The notes beneath the pieces were generated by a model. That model searched no databases. It was not told the DNA's origin and worked only from the letters and a program-made list of their open reading frames with translations. From NCBI GenBank assembly GCA_951406725.2, contig OX597815.1:85188001-85252000 (forward strand): a DNA stretch of 64,000 nucleotides, written 5' to 3'. Positions 39,788 through 52,216 of the stretch are shown here, piece after piece; the stretch's first letter is position 1; each line of letters begins with the position of its first letter. This DNA is from Octopus vulgaris (lineage: Eukaryota). The position numbers were made by a program, and so were the translations under genes.

Positions 39788-39995
39788 ATCATCATCATCA
39801 TCAAACGTCCATTTTCCATGCTGTCATGGGTTTGGTGGTTTGACAGGAACTTCCCCAGCCTCCATAGTCTGTATTTGTTTGGTTTCTACAGCTGAATGCC
39901 CTTCCTAACACCAGTCACTTTGCGGAGTGTACTGGGTGATTTTTATGTGGCACCAGCACCATTGCTTTTTACATAATACCAGCACCAGTGCTTTT
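39788..39995 (-). mobile_element. RTE 3' end fragment
   Basis: (cat)n tail, aacgtccattttccatgc, tttctacagctgaatgcccttcctaacacc. Confidence 0.75.
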
Positions 39996-41140
39996 TGCAA
40001 AACAGTAGAATCAGCCTAAGTAAAGTAGTGCTGGCTTGTGCTACCAAACGGAGAATACTAAAAGTTTGCCATGTGGAAAAAATGAACTTTTTGTGAAGAA
40101 GCAAGGTCTAACATTTTGGACAGATCTCTTTCAAGAAGAATTTTCTGCTTGAAAAATTATATTTGTTTCTCTTGTTTCCTCTCTGCAAACTATTCTACGA
40201 GTATTATGGTTCTTTTATTCTTTTTCAATGAAATATAGATTTGAGTATTTGTGGTATTTTCCACATTTACATGAAATTAACTATTAGTTTTATTTGTCTC
40301 TTTCATTTGACAGATTTGATCTGAAAGTAGGTGGACATTTCTTTTTGTGATGAGGGATAAAGATATTTTGCTGCAAAAATTTTTACTTCACTAATTAATA
40401 TACACATGTTCTTCATTTTAATCTCTCATAGTGTAGATGAGTTTTTTGGTTTTGTTTTGATTTTTTTCGTCCACAAGTTTTGGAGTCAATTGATTTGAGA
40501 CTCCTTTCTATTAAATTATTTCTCAGTTGTAAAATAAGTCAGGCAAGAGTTACGTACCTTGATCAGAAACGTAAAGCTTTATTTGTTCGTAGATTTTCAA
40601 TATGTTGTCATATTGTCTTTATCTCTCTCAAGCCATCAGTCTGTCTAAGAACACCTAAATCTTCATAAGTAGCTATATTGAATATTTTTTATTTTGTTAT
40701 CAATCTCCCATAATATTGGTACAATATTTGAACCCTCATAAACTTTGATCTGTCAAATAATTTTCCCTCATTATATGAACATGTTGGTGACAAGGTGGAT
40801 GCATTAGTCAACAAATTAGATATTAATATCAATATATGAATGTGTATCAGACTCTTACAATATCTCCTGGGATATTTCCGGCCATTTCAAGCAATTCTAG
40901 AATAATTATGTATTTCTTGCAATTTTAGCTAGTTACCATTTCCTATAAGAAAGGATAAAATTATCCTTAGATTTGCATCAATGTAACCCTAAGATAAGGC
41001 CCAAAATTTTTGAGGCTATATAACTTCAAAGGAGACTAAGTGTTTATTTATTTACAAAATTAGTTAAAATTGAACTGATAACTAATATTGCAGCAGATAA
41101 TTAGCAAGCATAGTATGAGTCTTCAGTTAAATTTCACCAT

Positions 41141-41545
41141 AGGCGCAGGAGTGGCTGTGTGGTAAGTAGCTTGCTAACCAACATGGTTGCGGGTTCAGTC
41201 CCACTGTGTGGCATCTTGGGTAAGTGTCTTCTGCTATAGCCCCGGGCCGACCAATGCCTTGTGAGTGGATTTGGTAGACGGAAACTGAAAGAAGCCTGTT
41301 GTATATATATATATATATATGTGTGTGTGCGTGATTGTGTGTCTGTGTTTGTCCCCTAGCATTGCTTGACAACCGATGCTGGTGTGTTTACGTCCCCGTC
41401 ACTTAGCGGTTCGGCAAAAGAGACCGATAGAATAAGTACTGGGCTTACAAAGAATAAGTCCCGGGGTCGATTTGCTCGACTAAAGGCGGTGCTCCAGCAT
41501 GGCCGCAGTCAAATGACTGAAACAAGTAAAAAGAGTAAAAGAGTA
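41141..41545 (+). mobile_element. Young full-length tRNA-derived SINE (family A)
   Basis: A-box tggctgtgtgg, B-box gggttcagtccc, CORE-like cttgggtaagtgtctt, internal (TA)n(TG)n, tail (aaaagagt)n. Confidence 0.92.
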
Positions 41546-42599
41546 TGTCTTTGCACGTGTTATACCCTCGGAATTTTTCTGCTTATTATCAAAGTTATTG
41601 TGATGGCATTTAAGTTTGTAGACCTATGAATGATAAAGCTGGTGGATTCTCAGAGCAATAAACCTATCAGTTGTCAAAGAAACAGTTTATAAACAAACAA
41701 AATTTCTGTATTTTGGTAGTAAACTTGTGAATTTATCCAATTACTTAAAGATAATGCATTGTATGTTACTATTTGCAGAAATAGAATACACAAGCTCATG
41801 ACGGAGCCTTTCCATTTTAGGTAGAGGTGCTAGATATAGAAGCCAAGTATCTTTGAAAGTACACCCTACTGCCTTTGCACAAAAGTCAGACTAGGCCAGG
41901 TTGGAATGCCTTTGATCCTAAGCTTGCTCAGTAAGCATTGAGTTAGAGTTAGACAACTACTACTAAAATACAGTTTCTTTATAAAGAGGTTTGTATAGAG
42001 TTGGTTCAGATATCTTCTTTGAGCAGTCCTTTTTTTTTCTACTAAGATTTAATTGTTCTTTGAGTATTTATTAATCTCTGAAAATTGTCAAAATATTTTT
42101 TTCTGACATATGCTATCTTTAAATGGAAAATATCTACACTTATAATTATTGTAATCATCAAACTAAATAATATTGCTGGTTTAAAATAAAGCATTGAAAC
42201 TCTGGACCTTATATAGCACGAAAACACCTGAGTGAAACGCCATCAACCTTGCATTTCAAACTACAAAAAACTGATTCTGTCTATTGACATGTTCCTTGTG
42301 GTTTAAGCGAACAAGCAGGTCTGAAAATGTTAACCTACTGTAGAGAGAAGAAATTCTAAATTTATTAGATAGATGCTGTAATTGAGTGCAAGTAGACACT
42401 ATATTTAGAAAGTATATTCATTGATTCTACTCAAGTGGTAAACATTCTGCCTGACTGAAGAACATTTTAATACTCACAAGATAACTCAAAATTTGCAAGT
42501 CCTTTTGTAAAGGGAAATAATATGCAAAACATGAGTTAGTTCCCTTGTGACAATTTTTTTTCCCCACATAAAAAAATAATAATCATGAAATTATTGTAT

Positions 42600-43640
42600 A
42601 CAGTGCTCAGGTGCACCACAACTTATCAAAAGTGCATATAAAGCATATGCAGTAATGTACAAATGTCTGGGAAGTGAACAGTGTATGAGTCAGATAATAC
42701 TTGCGTGTGTATGGAGGGGAGAAAATCAGGTGTAGTGTTGGCGAATCTCAGGAAGCATGGAAGTTTTGAAGGATGCAGTGCTCTGACAACTGATGCTGGC
42801 AGTCTGTTCCATGTTTCAGCAACTCCTAGCATGAAAAAATGTTTCCAAAAGTCATGGGAGCTATGCTGTTTTCTGACTTTGTAAACGTGTCCAGGGGTGT
42901 TAGACAGGTGGAGTTTGAAAAGGTGCTCAGAGTTATTGTTAGTAAGAAGGTTAATAACATCATCATCGTTTAGCGTCCGTTTTCCATGCTAGCATGGGTT
43001 GGACGGGTCAACTGGGGTCTGTGAAGCTGGAAGGCTTCGTCAGGCCCAGTCAGATCTGGCAGTGTTTCTACGGCTGGATGCCCTTCCTAACGCCAACCAC
43101 TCCGCGAGTGTAGTGGGTGTTTTTTACGTGCTACCTGCACAGGTGCCAGACAGAGCTGGCGAACGGCCACGAACGGATGGTGCTTTTACGTGTCACCGGC
43201 ACGGGGCCAGGCGATGCTGGCAACGGACACGAACGGATGGTGCTTTTACATGCCACCGACACGGGGCCAGACAGAGCTGGCAACCGGCCACGAACGGACG
43301 GTGCTTTTACGTGTCACCGGCACGGGGGCCAGGGCCAAGAAGAGATCCCTGTGGAACATCAGATGTCATCTTATAGGGTGAAGAGTGCTGTCCTAGAACT
43401 GTGACAACCTCTTTTCGGTCGATAATAAAGGACTTGAACCAGTTATAAAGATCATCTCTTATACCCATTGCAGAGAGTTTCACCATAAGTCTTTTGTGTG
43501 GCACAGAATTAAAAGCCTTAGGAAAGTCCAGGTAAACATCCACCCAGGAGCCACCATCAGTGATTCAGGTAATGTCCTCAAGAAGCTTGATGAGTTCATT
43601 ACAGCAGCTGGAGTTAGGAATAAATCCAAATTTTGATGGC
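42600..43640 (-). mobile_element. CR1-type LINE fragment interrupted by an RTE 3' end
   Basis: 43307-43543 DVYLDFPKAFNSVPHKRL..VPQGSLLGP; 42740-42957 GHVYKVRKQH..HFFMLGVAETWNRLPASVV (CR1 C-terminus). Confidence 0.85.
42958..43332 (-). mobile_element. Young RTE 3' UTR fragment with ~60-bp tandem units
   Basis: (cat)n tail; CpG-rich units ggtgcttttacgtgtcaccggcacggggccag. Confidence 0.88.
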
Positions 43641-45970
43641 TGTCAATATGTAAATATGTTTTGATTAAAGTTGACAGAACTTGAATTTAGCTACAAAATT
43701 CATTATTCCTCTCTTGAATTCAATGTTGAACATTCTGTTGGTAAAAAAACAAGTCCTCACAATCTAACACTCTAAAGTTGAAATTGATTGACTGTTTTCT
43801 TATGAATTTGGTTTTTTAGTGTTCTTAAAATTAACTTCAATTAATATATTCTTAGCTAGAATAAATATATTACTCTATTTTTTTGAGAAAGCTTTGTAAA
43901 AGACTTTTATATTTTATATCTAGATAGTGTTATTTTTGGTTGCTGATAGGCAAAGTGTATACATATTGTGCACTCTTTTTGCATATTTGAAAAAATATTT
44001 AATATTTCTTCAGTATTCTAGTTTATTCTTGAGTTGACTACATGACAGAGCTGTTTGGTGAATCATTTCACTTATGAATTGCTTCAAGGCTATGTATATA
44101 TTCTTCTAAACTTGGATTCACAGGAATAAATGTGTAATCTTTAGTACAGGAGGACACAGGTTTAGAAAGAAGTGGGGAGAAAGTAATTTCAAGGAAACGA
44201 AAAACTTCCTTTGCTCTCTAATACCTATTAAGGTTGTGAGAGTCACTAAAAATGTCCTTAACTCCAGATACTGAGAATATAACAGAGCATCTTCTCTTAA
44301 CACAAGATACTAGAATATAGAATATGCAACTGTTTTTAGTAGTGATGGGGTGTGGGAATAATTTTAAATATGGACAACCAAAAAGAAAAATTTACTTAAC
44401 ATTGATACTCAAATTTCCATCTTAGCTCAGCTAAAATATTCCTGGTTTTACTGTTTCTAATCTTCTATTCTTGCTATCCATAAATATGATTGAAGTATTT
44501 CGTTATTGTGCTACTAGGTTGGTGCTTTTTTTTTTTTTAATGCTATGAGTGAATTGCAAGTACATAATCTGGGAAGTGGGTTCATTTATAGAGAGAAAAA
44601 TAAAGTATGCAATCTATATAAAATTACTGTTTTGGTCTTAAGAATTTAATTGCTCTCATCCTTCTATAGATTTTTAGAGACTTTATTAGCAGACAGAATT
44701 TCACCACTGCTCTGGAGGAAACTATAACTGCTTAAAATATGAAGTACTATAAGAATGGAACTAATTTTGAGTTGTAGAACATTGAATGTTGTGAGTAAAG
44801 TCCTGGAATGATAAGAAGTCAATGTGGCTTTTAAATTTCCTCAATTATCTTCAAAGAAATTCCAATGCAATTTCATATTCTGATATCTTAACAGGTGTTG
44901 CTTTGTCAGTATTTTTACTTGTGATGGAAAATGTATTAATGGTTGGAATAGACTAGTTTCTGATATGAAGATTAGAAGCAATAAGACCAAGAATACTTCA
45001 TTTGAAATAAGATGGGCATTTTGTGTAAATAATTTTGATTATGAACAACTGAAGAACTAATGTTTTTCGGTTGTCATTAATAGAGCCTGAATTAGAAATG
45101 GCCTCTTAATTGAAACCAAATAATGTGATCAAGGTTAGTTTCTTTTTGGAATATCACTTTTTAACAGTGTTTTTTTTTTTTGATATTGCAATACATCCTA
45201 ACGGCAAGTGCTATTCTCATGTGTGCAGTTTTAAACAGCCTACAGAAATTTATTTTCATGTTTCTTTTCTTAAGTTCTTGAATAAATGGAAATCAAAAAC
45301 TTTATTAAATTATTACATTATAATTAGAATGCAATACCTTCTAGGTTTTTATGTAGCAGTTTTGTAAATATTGTGTAGAGAAACCTTCTCATAATCATAG
45401 TCAATAGAATTTTAGCTATATTTTAGCATGAATAATTTGTTCTGAATCTCTGTGTTTTCATGTTAAAAGAGAAATAACTTTATTATATTAATTTTCTGAA
45501 ATATTAAAATTAGACCTATGACTAAGAGTTTCCTCACCTTCATTATTATTTTGACATCTGTGCTAGTTTCAGCCTTCTACATTGATGATGAATTTATCAA
45601 CACATTAATATTAGGTGTATTGATTTTTGCCTTCTTCCCCTCCCACTAATATTCTCTCTATAACAGTTGTGATATAGGCCATTTTGGTTTACTTATCATC
45701 TGTTATAATTACTCCTGTCAGTGATCATGAAGAGTTATATTTCTGTTTGAACCCAGTCAACTTTTGTTTATGAACATTTTTACTAAATGTTCACTTTAAT
45801 TTAGGAAAGTATATTTTCAAACACCGTGGAAGATATGGATATACTAATTGTTTATCAGAAACTTTTACCAACATAATTTATATAAAGTTTTGAATAGCAG
45901 TGAGAGAAGTAAAAAAAAAAATGCTACAGCTGGATAACTATGTCATAACTTGGTTGATAATACATTCACT

Positions 45971-46213
45971 ATGTTTAAGTTAAATCGGAGAAATAGCATA
46001 GCTAAAAATAAAGGACCTCTTCGGAGAGAGAGTTTAAGGGAGACTCTTTCACGGAAAAATAACTTAGATTCAACAATGAAAATTGATTTAAGTGCTGTGC
46101 CTCCTAAGGAACCATTAAAAGAAAAACCACCTCCAAAAATGTCGCATTTAGTGCGATTTCGATGCAGGTCATCTGTCACAATGCCAAACGCAATGGTTGC
46201 TTCTGCATTTCAG
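45971..46213 (+). CDS. Putative alternative ferlin exon (alternative N-terminus or cassette): MFKLNRRNS...PNAMVASAFQ
   Basis: 81 stop-free codons from ATG 45971 in AT-rich intron, not repeat-derived; ends TTTCAG|gtaaat in phase 0, compatible with exon 61296; in-frame TAA at 45935. Confidence 0.65.
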
Positions 46214-46344
46214 GTAAATAATTTTTTCTAAATATTTTGCTAAGTCTTGTTCCAATTGGGTAGTTTTTATGTCATAAAAATTAACAATACTTGTGGGAGT
46301 TTTTTTCTGAGTAGAAGTAATAAAAGCACTCATATGTCGTCGTT

Positions 46345-46705
46345 CATCATCATCATTTTATATTGCTTCTCCATGCTTGCATTGGTCAGGTGGCTTTCCT
46401 GTTGCCAACCCTCACCCATTTCCAAGCAAGCCAGCATTTCCCCATGGTCAGACAAACTTTCATAGAATTCTGGAAATGAATGAGACAGCTTGTATGACAG
46501 TGTCACTCATTTCTAACTATCATGATGGCAAAATGAGATACATGCACACACACATGTATGGCTAGCTTCTTTCATGTTTCCACCTACCAGATCCACTTAC
46601 AAGGCTATAGTAGAAGACACCTGTCCAAAGTGCAATGCAATGGTACTGAACCTAGAGCCATGTGGCTGAGAAGCAAACTTCTTATCACACAGCTACATCT
46701 GTGCT
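46345..46705 (-). mobile_element. tRNA-derived SINE with RTE-type tail
   Basis: catcatcat..ccatgcttgca tail; ctaccagatccact..agtagaagacac core. Confidence 0.7.
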
Positions 46706-46707
46706 TT

Positions 46708-46754
<47 letters not shown>

Positions 46755-46916
46755 TACATACATAATAAATGTAATACTATTTACTGAATCTCAGTTTTTT
46801 TTATATGCTAGACTACTGGTGTTAAAATTGATGTTATCAAATTAATATCCAATTTTTCACCCTCATTTTAATTTTAATTTTAAATATATATATGTATATA
46901 TATCATCACCAACCTC

Positions 46917-47312
46917 ATCATCATCATTTAGTGTCTGCTTTCCATGCTGGTATGGGTGAGATAGTTTGACTGGAGTTGGTAATCTGGGGAGCTGCACTAG
47001 TTTCCAGCCTGATTTGGGCTTGGTTTCTATGGCTGGATGCACTTCTTAATGCCAACCACTCCAAGAGTGTAGTGGGTGCCTTTTACGTGTCACCAACACT
47101 GGCCACAGCTATGATTTCACTTGGCTGCACAAGTCTTCTCAAGCATAACAAATTGCCAAAGGTTGCAATCACTTGTCATTGTCTCTGAGAGACCCAACGT
47201 TCGAAAATCATGCTTCACCACTTTGTCCCATGTCTTCCTGAGTCTTCCTCTTCCACAGGCTCACCCCACAATTAGAGATTAGCACTTCTTTACACAGCTG
47301 TCCTCATCCATA
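46917..47312 (-). mobile_element. RTE LINE 3' fragment (ORF end plus short UTR)
   Basis: Collinear with 23404-24170 but with only about one subrepeat unit. Confidence 0.8.
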
Positions 47313-47405
47313 ATGGATATATTTATATATACACATTAAATGATGATGATATATATATAAGCAATAATAAATCTCAGAGCGAGTTATAAACAGTAGCTAC
47401 AACAC

Positions 47406-47590
47406 ATCGTGACGTACATTTGCCATTTAAGTATGGCTAACCCCTAAGGGTGGTTGCTACTGTAGTTTGTAGCCCCAGGAGGACACCTGTCTATGGCCAG
47501 CTGGAGGAGGTGTCCTCCTGGGGCTACAAGCTACAGTAGCAACCACCCTTAGGGGTTAGCCATATTTAAATGGCAAATGTACGTCACAAT
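47406..47590. repeat. Inverted repeat, 83-bp arms and 19-bp spacer (possible Penelope-type terminal inversion)
   Basis: 47406-47488 is the near-perfect reverse complement of 47508-47590. Confidence 0.92.
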
Positions 47591-47591
47591 A

Positions 47592-47655
<64 letters not shown>
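47590..47655. repeat. (TA)n microsatellite
   Basis: Direct reading. Confidence 0.95.
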
Positions 47656-47658
<3 letters not shown>

Positions 47659-47995
47659 AGAAGTAACAACTAAAATAATTCTTTTTCGCACATCTCCATT
47701 GTATTTTCAAGTTACTGAGGAAAGGGTGCAATATGAAACATTTCCAAATGAAAGTCCTGTTGGAAATGATATCTCACATCTTCTACCACTAACCCATCTG
47801 TTGCCCAGGCCACCCCCAGTAGCCAGTCTGAGTCTATATAGAATCCACTCTCAATCTTTCATTTGGACATGTGCAACAAAGACTTTGAATTACTCTTGTT
47901 CAAAGTTTCTTTGCCACTCTGAGGTTTATCTACTGTCTTTGCTACATTCTACTCACTTTGAATTACTTCCAACTATTTCTCTTTCTCTCACACAC

Positions 47996-48204
47996 ACGGG
48001 GTGCTAAAAAGTTCCTGGCTTTGGGTAAAAAAATATACAGAAGGATCAGTTAATTTTGATTTTATACAACATATTCCCCTCTGATTCACACACTTATTGC
48101 GCCAGTCCTTCAGTTTTTCTAAGCCCTATAAATGAACTCAGAAGGTTGAACTTCCCACTAGGCCTTTTGGGATACCCTTAAAGCCAGGAACTTTAGAGCA
48201 CTCC
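47996..48204. mobile_element. Mariner-type MITE
   Basis: TIR gggtgctaaaaagttcctggcttt / aaagccaggaactttagagcactc. Confidence 0.75.
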
Positions 48205-48239
48205 CACATATATATGTATATATATATTAATATATATGA

Positions 48240-48274
<35 letters not shown>

Positions 48275-48281
48275 TGTATAT

Positions 48282-48838
48282 AGGTGCAGTGTGGTTGTAT
48301 GGTTATGAGGTTTGCTTTCCACCTACACATTTTCAGGTTCAGTCTCACTGTGTAACACCTTTAAGCAAGTATCTTTTCCTACAGCTTCAGGCCAACCAAC
48401 TAAAATGTTATTAGTGGGATGACGATGATGATAAAACTGGAAGAAGCCTGTTAGCCTCATCACCCCATCATCTCTCTAATTGAGTGTCCAGCCATAGAAA
48501 CCATGTTAAAGCAAACACTGGAGCATGATACAGTCCCTGGACCTTCCAAACTCTCTAACTTATGCTATTATGGAACATGGATATTAAATGAAGTGTGTGT
48601 TTGTGTCTCTTTGTCTTAACACCATGTGGTAATTGAAAGCAAGTATTACTGTTAAACAAGCTGCGTTCTTTGCTTCTAGCCTTCTGTGTTAATGTATCCA
48701 TCCATGGGGAAACATTATCTTGCTTGATGACAGGCAAGGAAGGGCGGTGACTGGAAGGTCATCCACCTACAGGAAATCTGTCTCAACAAATTCTGTCTGA
48801 CCCATGCAAGCATGGAAAAGTGGACATAAAAACAATGA
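48282..48838 (+). mobile_element. tRNA-derived SINE with RTE-type tail and an internal insertion
   Basis: caggttcagtctcactg head; tail gacccatgcaagcatggaaaagtggac. Confidence 0.65.
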
Positions 48839-49110
48839 CACGCATATCTACAAATACATACACCTACACATATACATCAGTGCATACATGTATGTGTGTG
48901 TGTATATATATATATATATGTATATACTTACATATATGTATAAGTATATGTGTGTGTGTATGTGTAAGGAGTAAAAACCCCCTTCGGTCATGAATGACTC
49001 TGGGATTGCACCTAGAAAGTCACCCTCTGATGCACATATATACATAAATGCATACATGTGTGTGTGTATATATATATGTATGTATGTATGTACATATGTA
49101 TGTGTGTGAG

Positions 49111-49428
49111 GAGTAAAGACTCCCCTTCGGTCATGAATGACTGGATTGCACCTAGAAAGTTACTCTCTGAGGCATAAGTCCAGGCGAAGTTGTTTATAGA
49201 AGACTAGCAGTCACCCATGCATACCACCCCCTACGCCACCCATGCATAGCCAAAGGCCAATACAGCTTAGCAACAGTGACATCGCAAATCAGTTCTACAG
49301 GTGAGTGAACTGGACCAACGTAAAATAAAGTGTCTTGCTCAAGAACACAACACACCGCCCATTCCTTGAATCAAATTTACTACCTCATAATTGTGAGCCC
49401 AATGTTCTAACCTCTGAACCATGCGCAT
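49111..49428 (-). mobile_element. tRNA-derived SINE (family C); its 3' end is duplicated at 48970-49030
   Basis: Matches 16685-17023. Confidence 0.82.
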
Positions 49429-50567
49429 TATACACACCCAGATGCACAACACTATCTCTCCTATCTGTATACATGCACACGCACATACATGTGTGTGTGT
49501 CTGTTTTCAAGAGGTCTTGCCCACTCCATGACAGTTTGGATTAGACTGAACCTAAAACTGATGGTCGCTGTATTGGTGGTGGCAGTATTCACATGCCTAC
49601 TACAGTTATATATTTCTCTTAGTATAAAGTATCAGATTAACTACAGAAAGGAATTGGAATGAGAGCCATCTAGCCTCCCTTAAGGTTTTTTGTGTCATAA
49701 GTAAAATGAATGGTTTTCAATTTGGGAGTGGAAACTAGCTTTCCATGACCTTTTGTCCTATCAAGTGCACATAGAAATCTTTAGAAAAGAGAGATGGAAC
49801 CTTGAGATGGTGGCAAGTTCCGAACTCCATTTAGTTGTAAATCCATTACTGAGTATCTTGGATTTTATTGTTGTTGCTTAACCCAGTTCTGCTTTGGTCA
49901 AGGAAATGTACAATCAAAGACATTCAGACTGTGATAAATATTATCCATTGTGCCCCCTTTCTTTTCATCAAAACTGTTTTACTGTTTTGGTATGATTTGA
50001 TTGAGATCTGACTGTTATTTCTATCAGGTTCAGTAACTGCATAAAGTGTTCCTTATCGGCTTCATATAGTGTATTTTTGGCAAGTCAGTTGAAGAGACCA
50101 TTTTTCTGCTAAATTAAGCATTACCATCATTAAAATATGCTTAGTTGTTTTGGGTGATGTTTTCATGTGAAGCAGACAGGATGGCCATAGCTGTATTGTC
50201 TTGTGGTCATAGGTCTATTCAATCAATCCTGATTTGATGTTAAACAATAGCTGGCTAATAGTATTTGTCAGTATTATAACTGGTTAGTAAAGCAAGTTGC
50301 TCCTACTCTGCAATGCCTATAAACAGCTAGGTGGACTGGTCCATTTATTCGATGGTGTGGTAGTAGTGAAAGTATCCAGAACAATGGCTAACTGTTCCTG
50401 CACTTCTGTGAATGTAAAAAGCAGTTTAAATTTTCTATCTTTACCAACTAAGAATATGAAGAAGGTACTGATATAATAGATCTATTATTTATGCATCAAA
50501 ATAGTGATGATAGTACTTCTATGTATGTAATAGTTTTCATAGCTAAAACATTAATTATTCATACTGT

Positions 50568-51463
50568 ATGAGTGAGATGATGAAGGGATAGAGAGAGAAG
50601 TTCTGGAAATGGAAGGAGGTGTTTGAAAGCAAGGGTTTGAAGGTAAACCTTGGGAAGACAAAGGTAATGGTGAGCGGGGTCGAAGGAGAAATTTTAGTGA
50701 GTAAGGTGAAACCATGTGATGTATGTGGGAGGAGGTTTATAGCAAATGCAGTGTTGTGTACGATATGTGAGAAATGGATTCATGGTAGATGTACGAAAAT
50801 GAAGATGACAACCCCAAGACTGGCAGGAGAGTTTGTGGAAGATGTGAGAAAGGAGCTTGGAGGGCTGGTAGAACAAGTGGAAACTATGTGACGAGGTGGA
50901 GAGAGTGAGAGAGTTTTGCTATTTGGGAGATAGAGTGGATGTGAAGTAGCTGTGACAACAAGAGTGAGACTTGGCTGGGTGAAGTTCAGGGAATGTGGAG
51001 CATTGTTATATGGGAAAAGGGTCTCATTGAAGATGAAAGGAAGGGTCTATAGGAGTTGTGTGAGAGCTGCAATGCTGTATGGGAGCGAGACATGGTGTCT
51101 GAGTGAGAGAGAGATGGCAATTTTGAGAAGGACCAAGAGAGCAATGGTGAGAGAAATGTGTGGGATGAAGCTGTTTGATAAGAGGAGGACTGAGGACTTG
51201 ATGGGGATGCTGGGGTTGAAGGAATTGGTGAAATGGCTGGCAAGGGCGAACGTAGTGTGGTGGTATAGGCATGTGTTGAGGAGGGTGCTTGAATTTGAGG
51301 TAGGATTGCGAAAGTGAGGTAGACCGAGGAAAACGTGGAGGGTTGGCTTGAGAAAGGGGAACACCCAAATTCAAGCAAGATGGCTATGGCATTGAGGTAG
51401 ATCCGACCACCCTTGTTAACGGGGACAAAACCTGGATTTAAAACACTGGAAGATAATGACGAC
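50568..51463 (+). mobile_element. 5'-truncated RTE LINE, second family, frameshifted
   Basis: KWKEVFESKGLKVNLGKTKVM, Cys-rich PCDVC..LCTICEKWIHGRC, RVYRSCVRAAMLYGSETW; short 3' UTR ending in a gat/gac-rich tail. Confidence 0.92.
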
Positions 51464-51827
51464 TCTAATACACTTATGAAATGGTTTTAAAATTTTATAT
51501 TTAAAAAAATTTTTTATGAAGTTGGCATTTTCTTTTTACCTACTGAAATTTATGGATTATTCTCATAGCTCCAAGCAACGAGTCTTTTTTTTTATTCTTC
51601 TTCAAGCCTGTGTCAATTTTAAGAATAAAGACATATTGTTATTCTTTTCAAGCACCTCAGTCTAGCTGAGAGATATCAGCTTTGCTCATGGCCCAATTAA
51701 ATAGGATTGTTGGGAGATACCCAACTGTTACTCTTATGATAATTTATGTAAATTCCAGTTTTGCAACGCTTTTCTACTCATGCACACAAATATTGAAATA
51801 TTTAAAACATGTCAGCAAATTAAGCAC

Positions 51828-52216
51828 AGGCATGACTGTGTGATTAAGCTTACTTACACTCACAATGTTTCCAGTTCAATCCTGTTGTGCAGCACCTTGA
51901 GCAAATCTCTCTTTGACTATAGCTCCAGGTTGACCTGTGTTTTGTGAGTGAATTTGGTAGATGGAAACTGTATGGAAGCCATCGTATGTATGTGTCTGTT
52001 TTTGCCCCCACCCCAAAGAAAAAACACACATTGCTTGACAACCAGTGTTAGTTTGTTTACCTCCCCTGTAATTTTGTGGTCCTGTGAAAGAGACCACTAG
52101 AATGAATATCGTAAGTACTTAAAAATAAGCACTAGGGACAATGCATTCAAATAAACCTTACAAGGCAATGTCCCAACATGGCCACAGTACAATATCTGAA
52201 AGAGATACAAGATAAA
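51828..52216 (+). mobile_element. tRNA-derived SINE (family A), diverged
   Basis: Collinear with 41141-41545. Confidence 0.8.

Noticed and set aside
41141-41215. tRNA-like sequences at SINE heads
   Set aside because: A/B boxes are present but there is no complete cloverleaf; they continue into SINE bodies, so they are not tRNA genes.
43120-43330. Repeat/spacer-like ~60-bp arrays (also 700-960, 17540-17750, 18865-19040, 23575-23850) resembling CRISPR
   Set aside because: The 'spacers' are homologous to each other, the arrays are part of an RTE 3' UTR, the DNA is eukaryotic and no cas genes are present.
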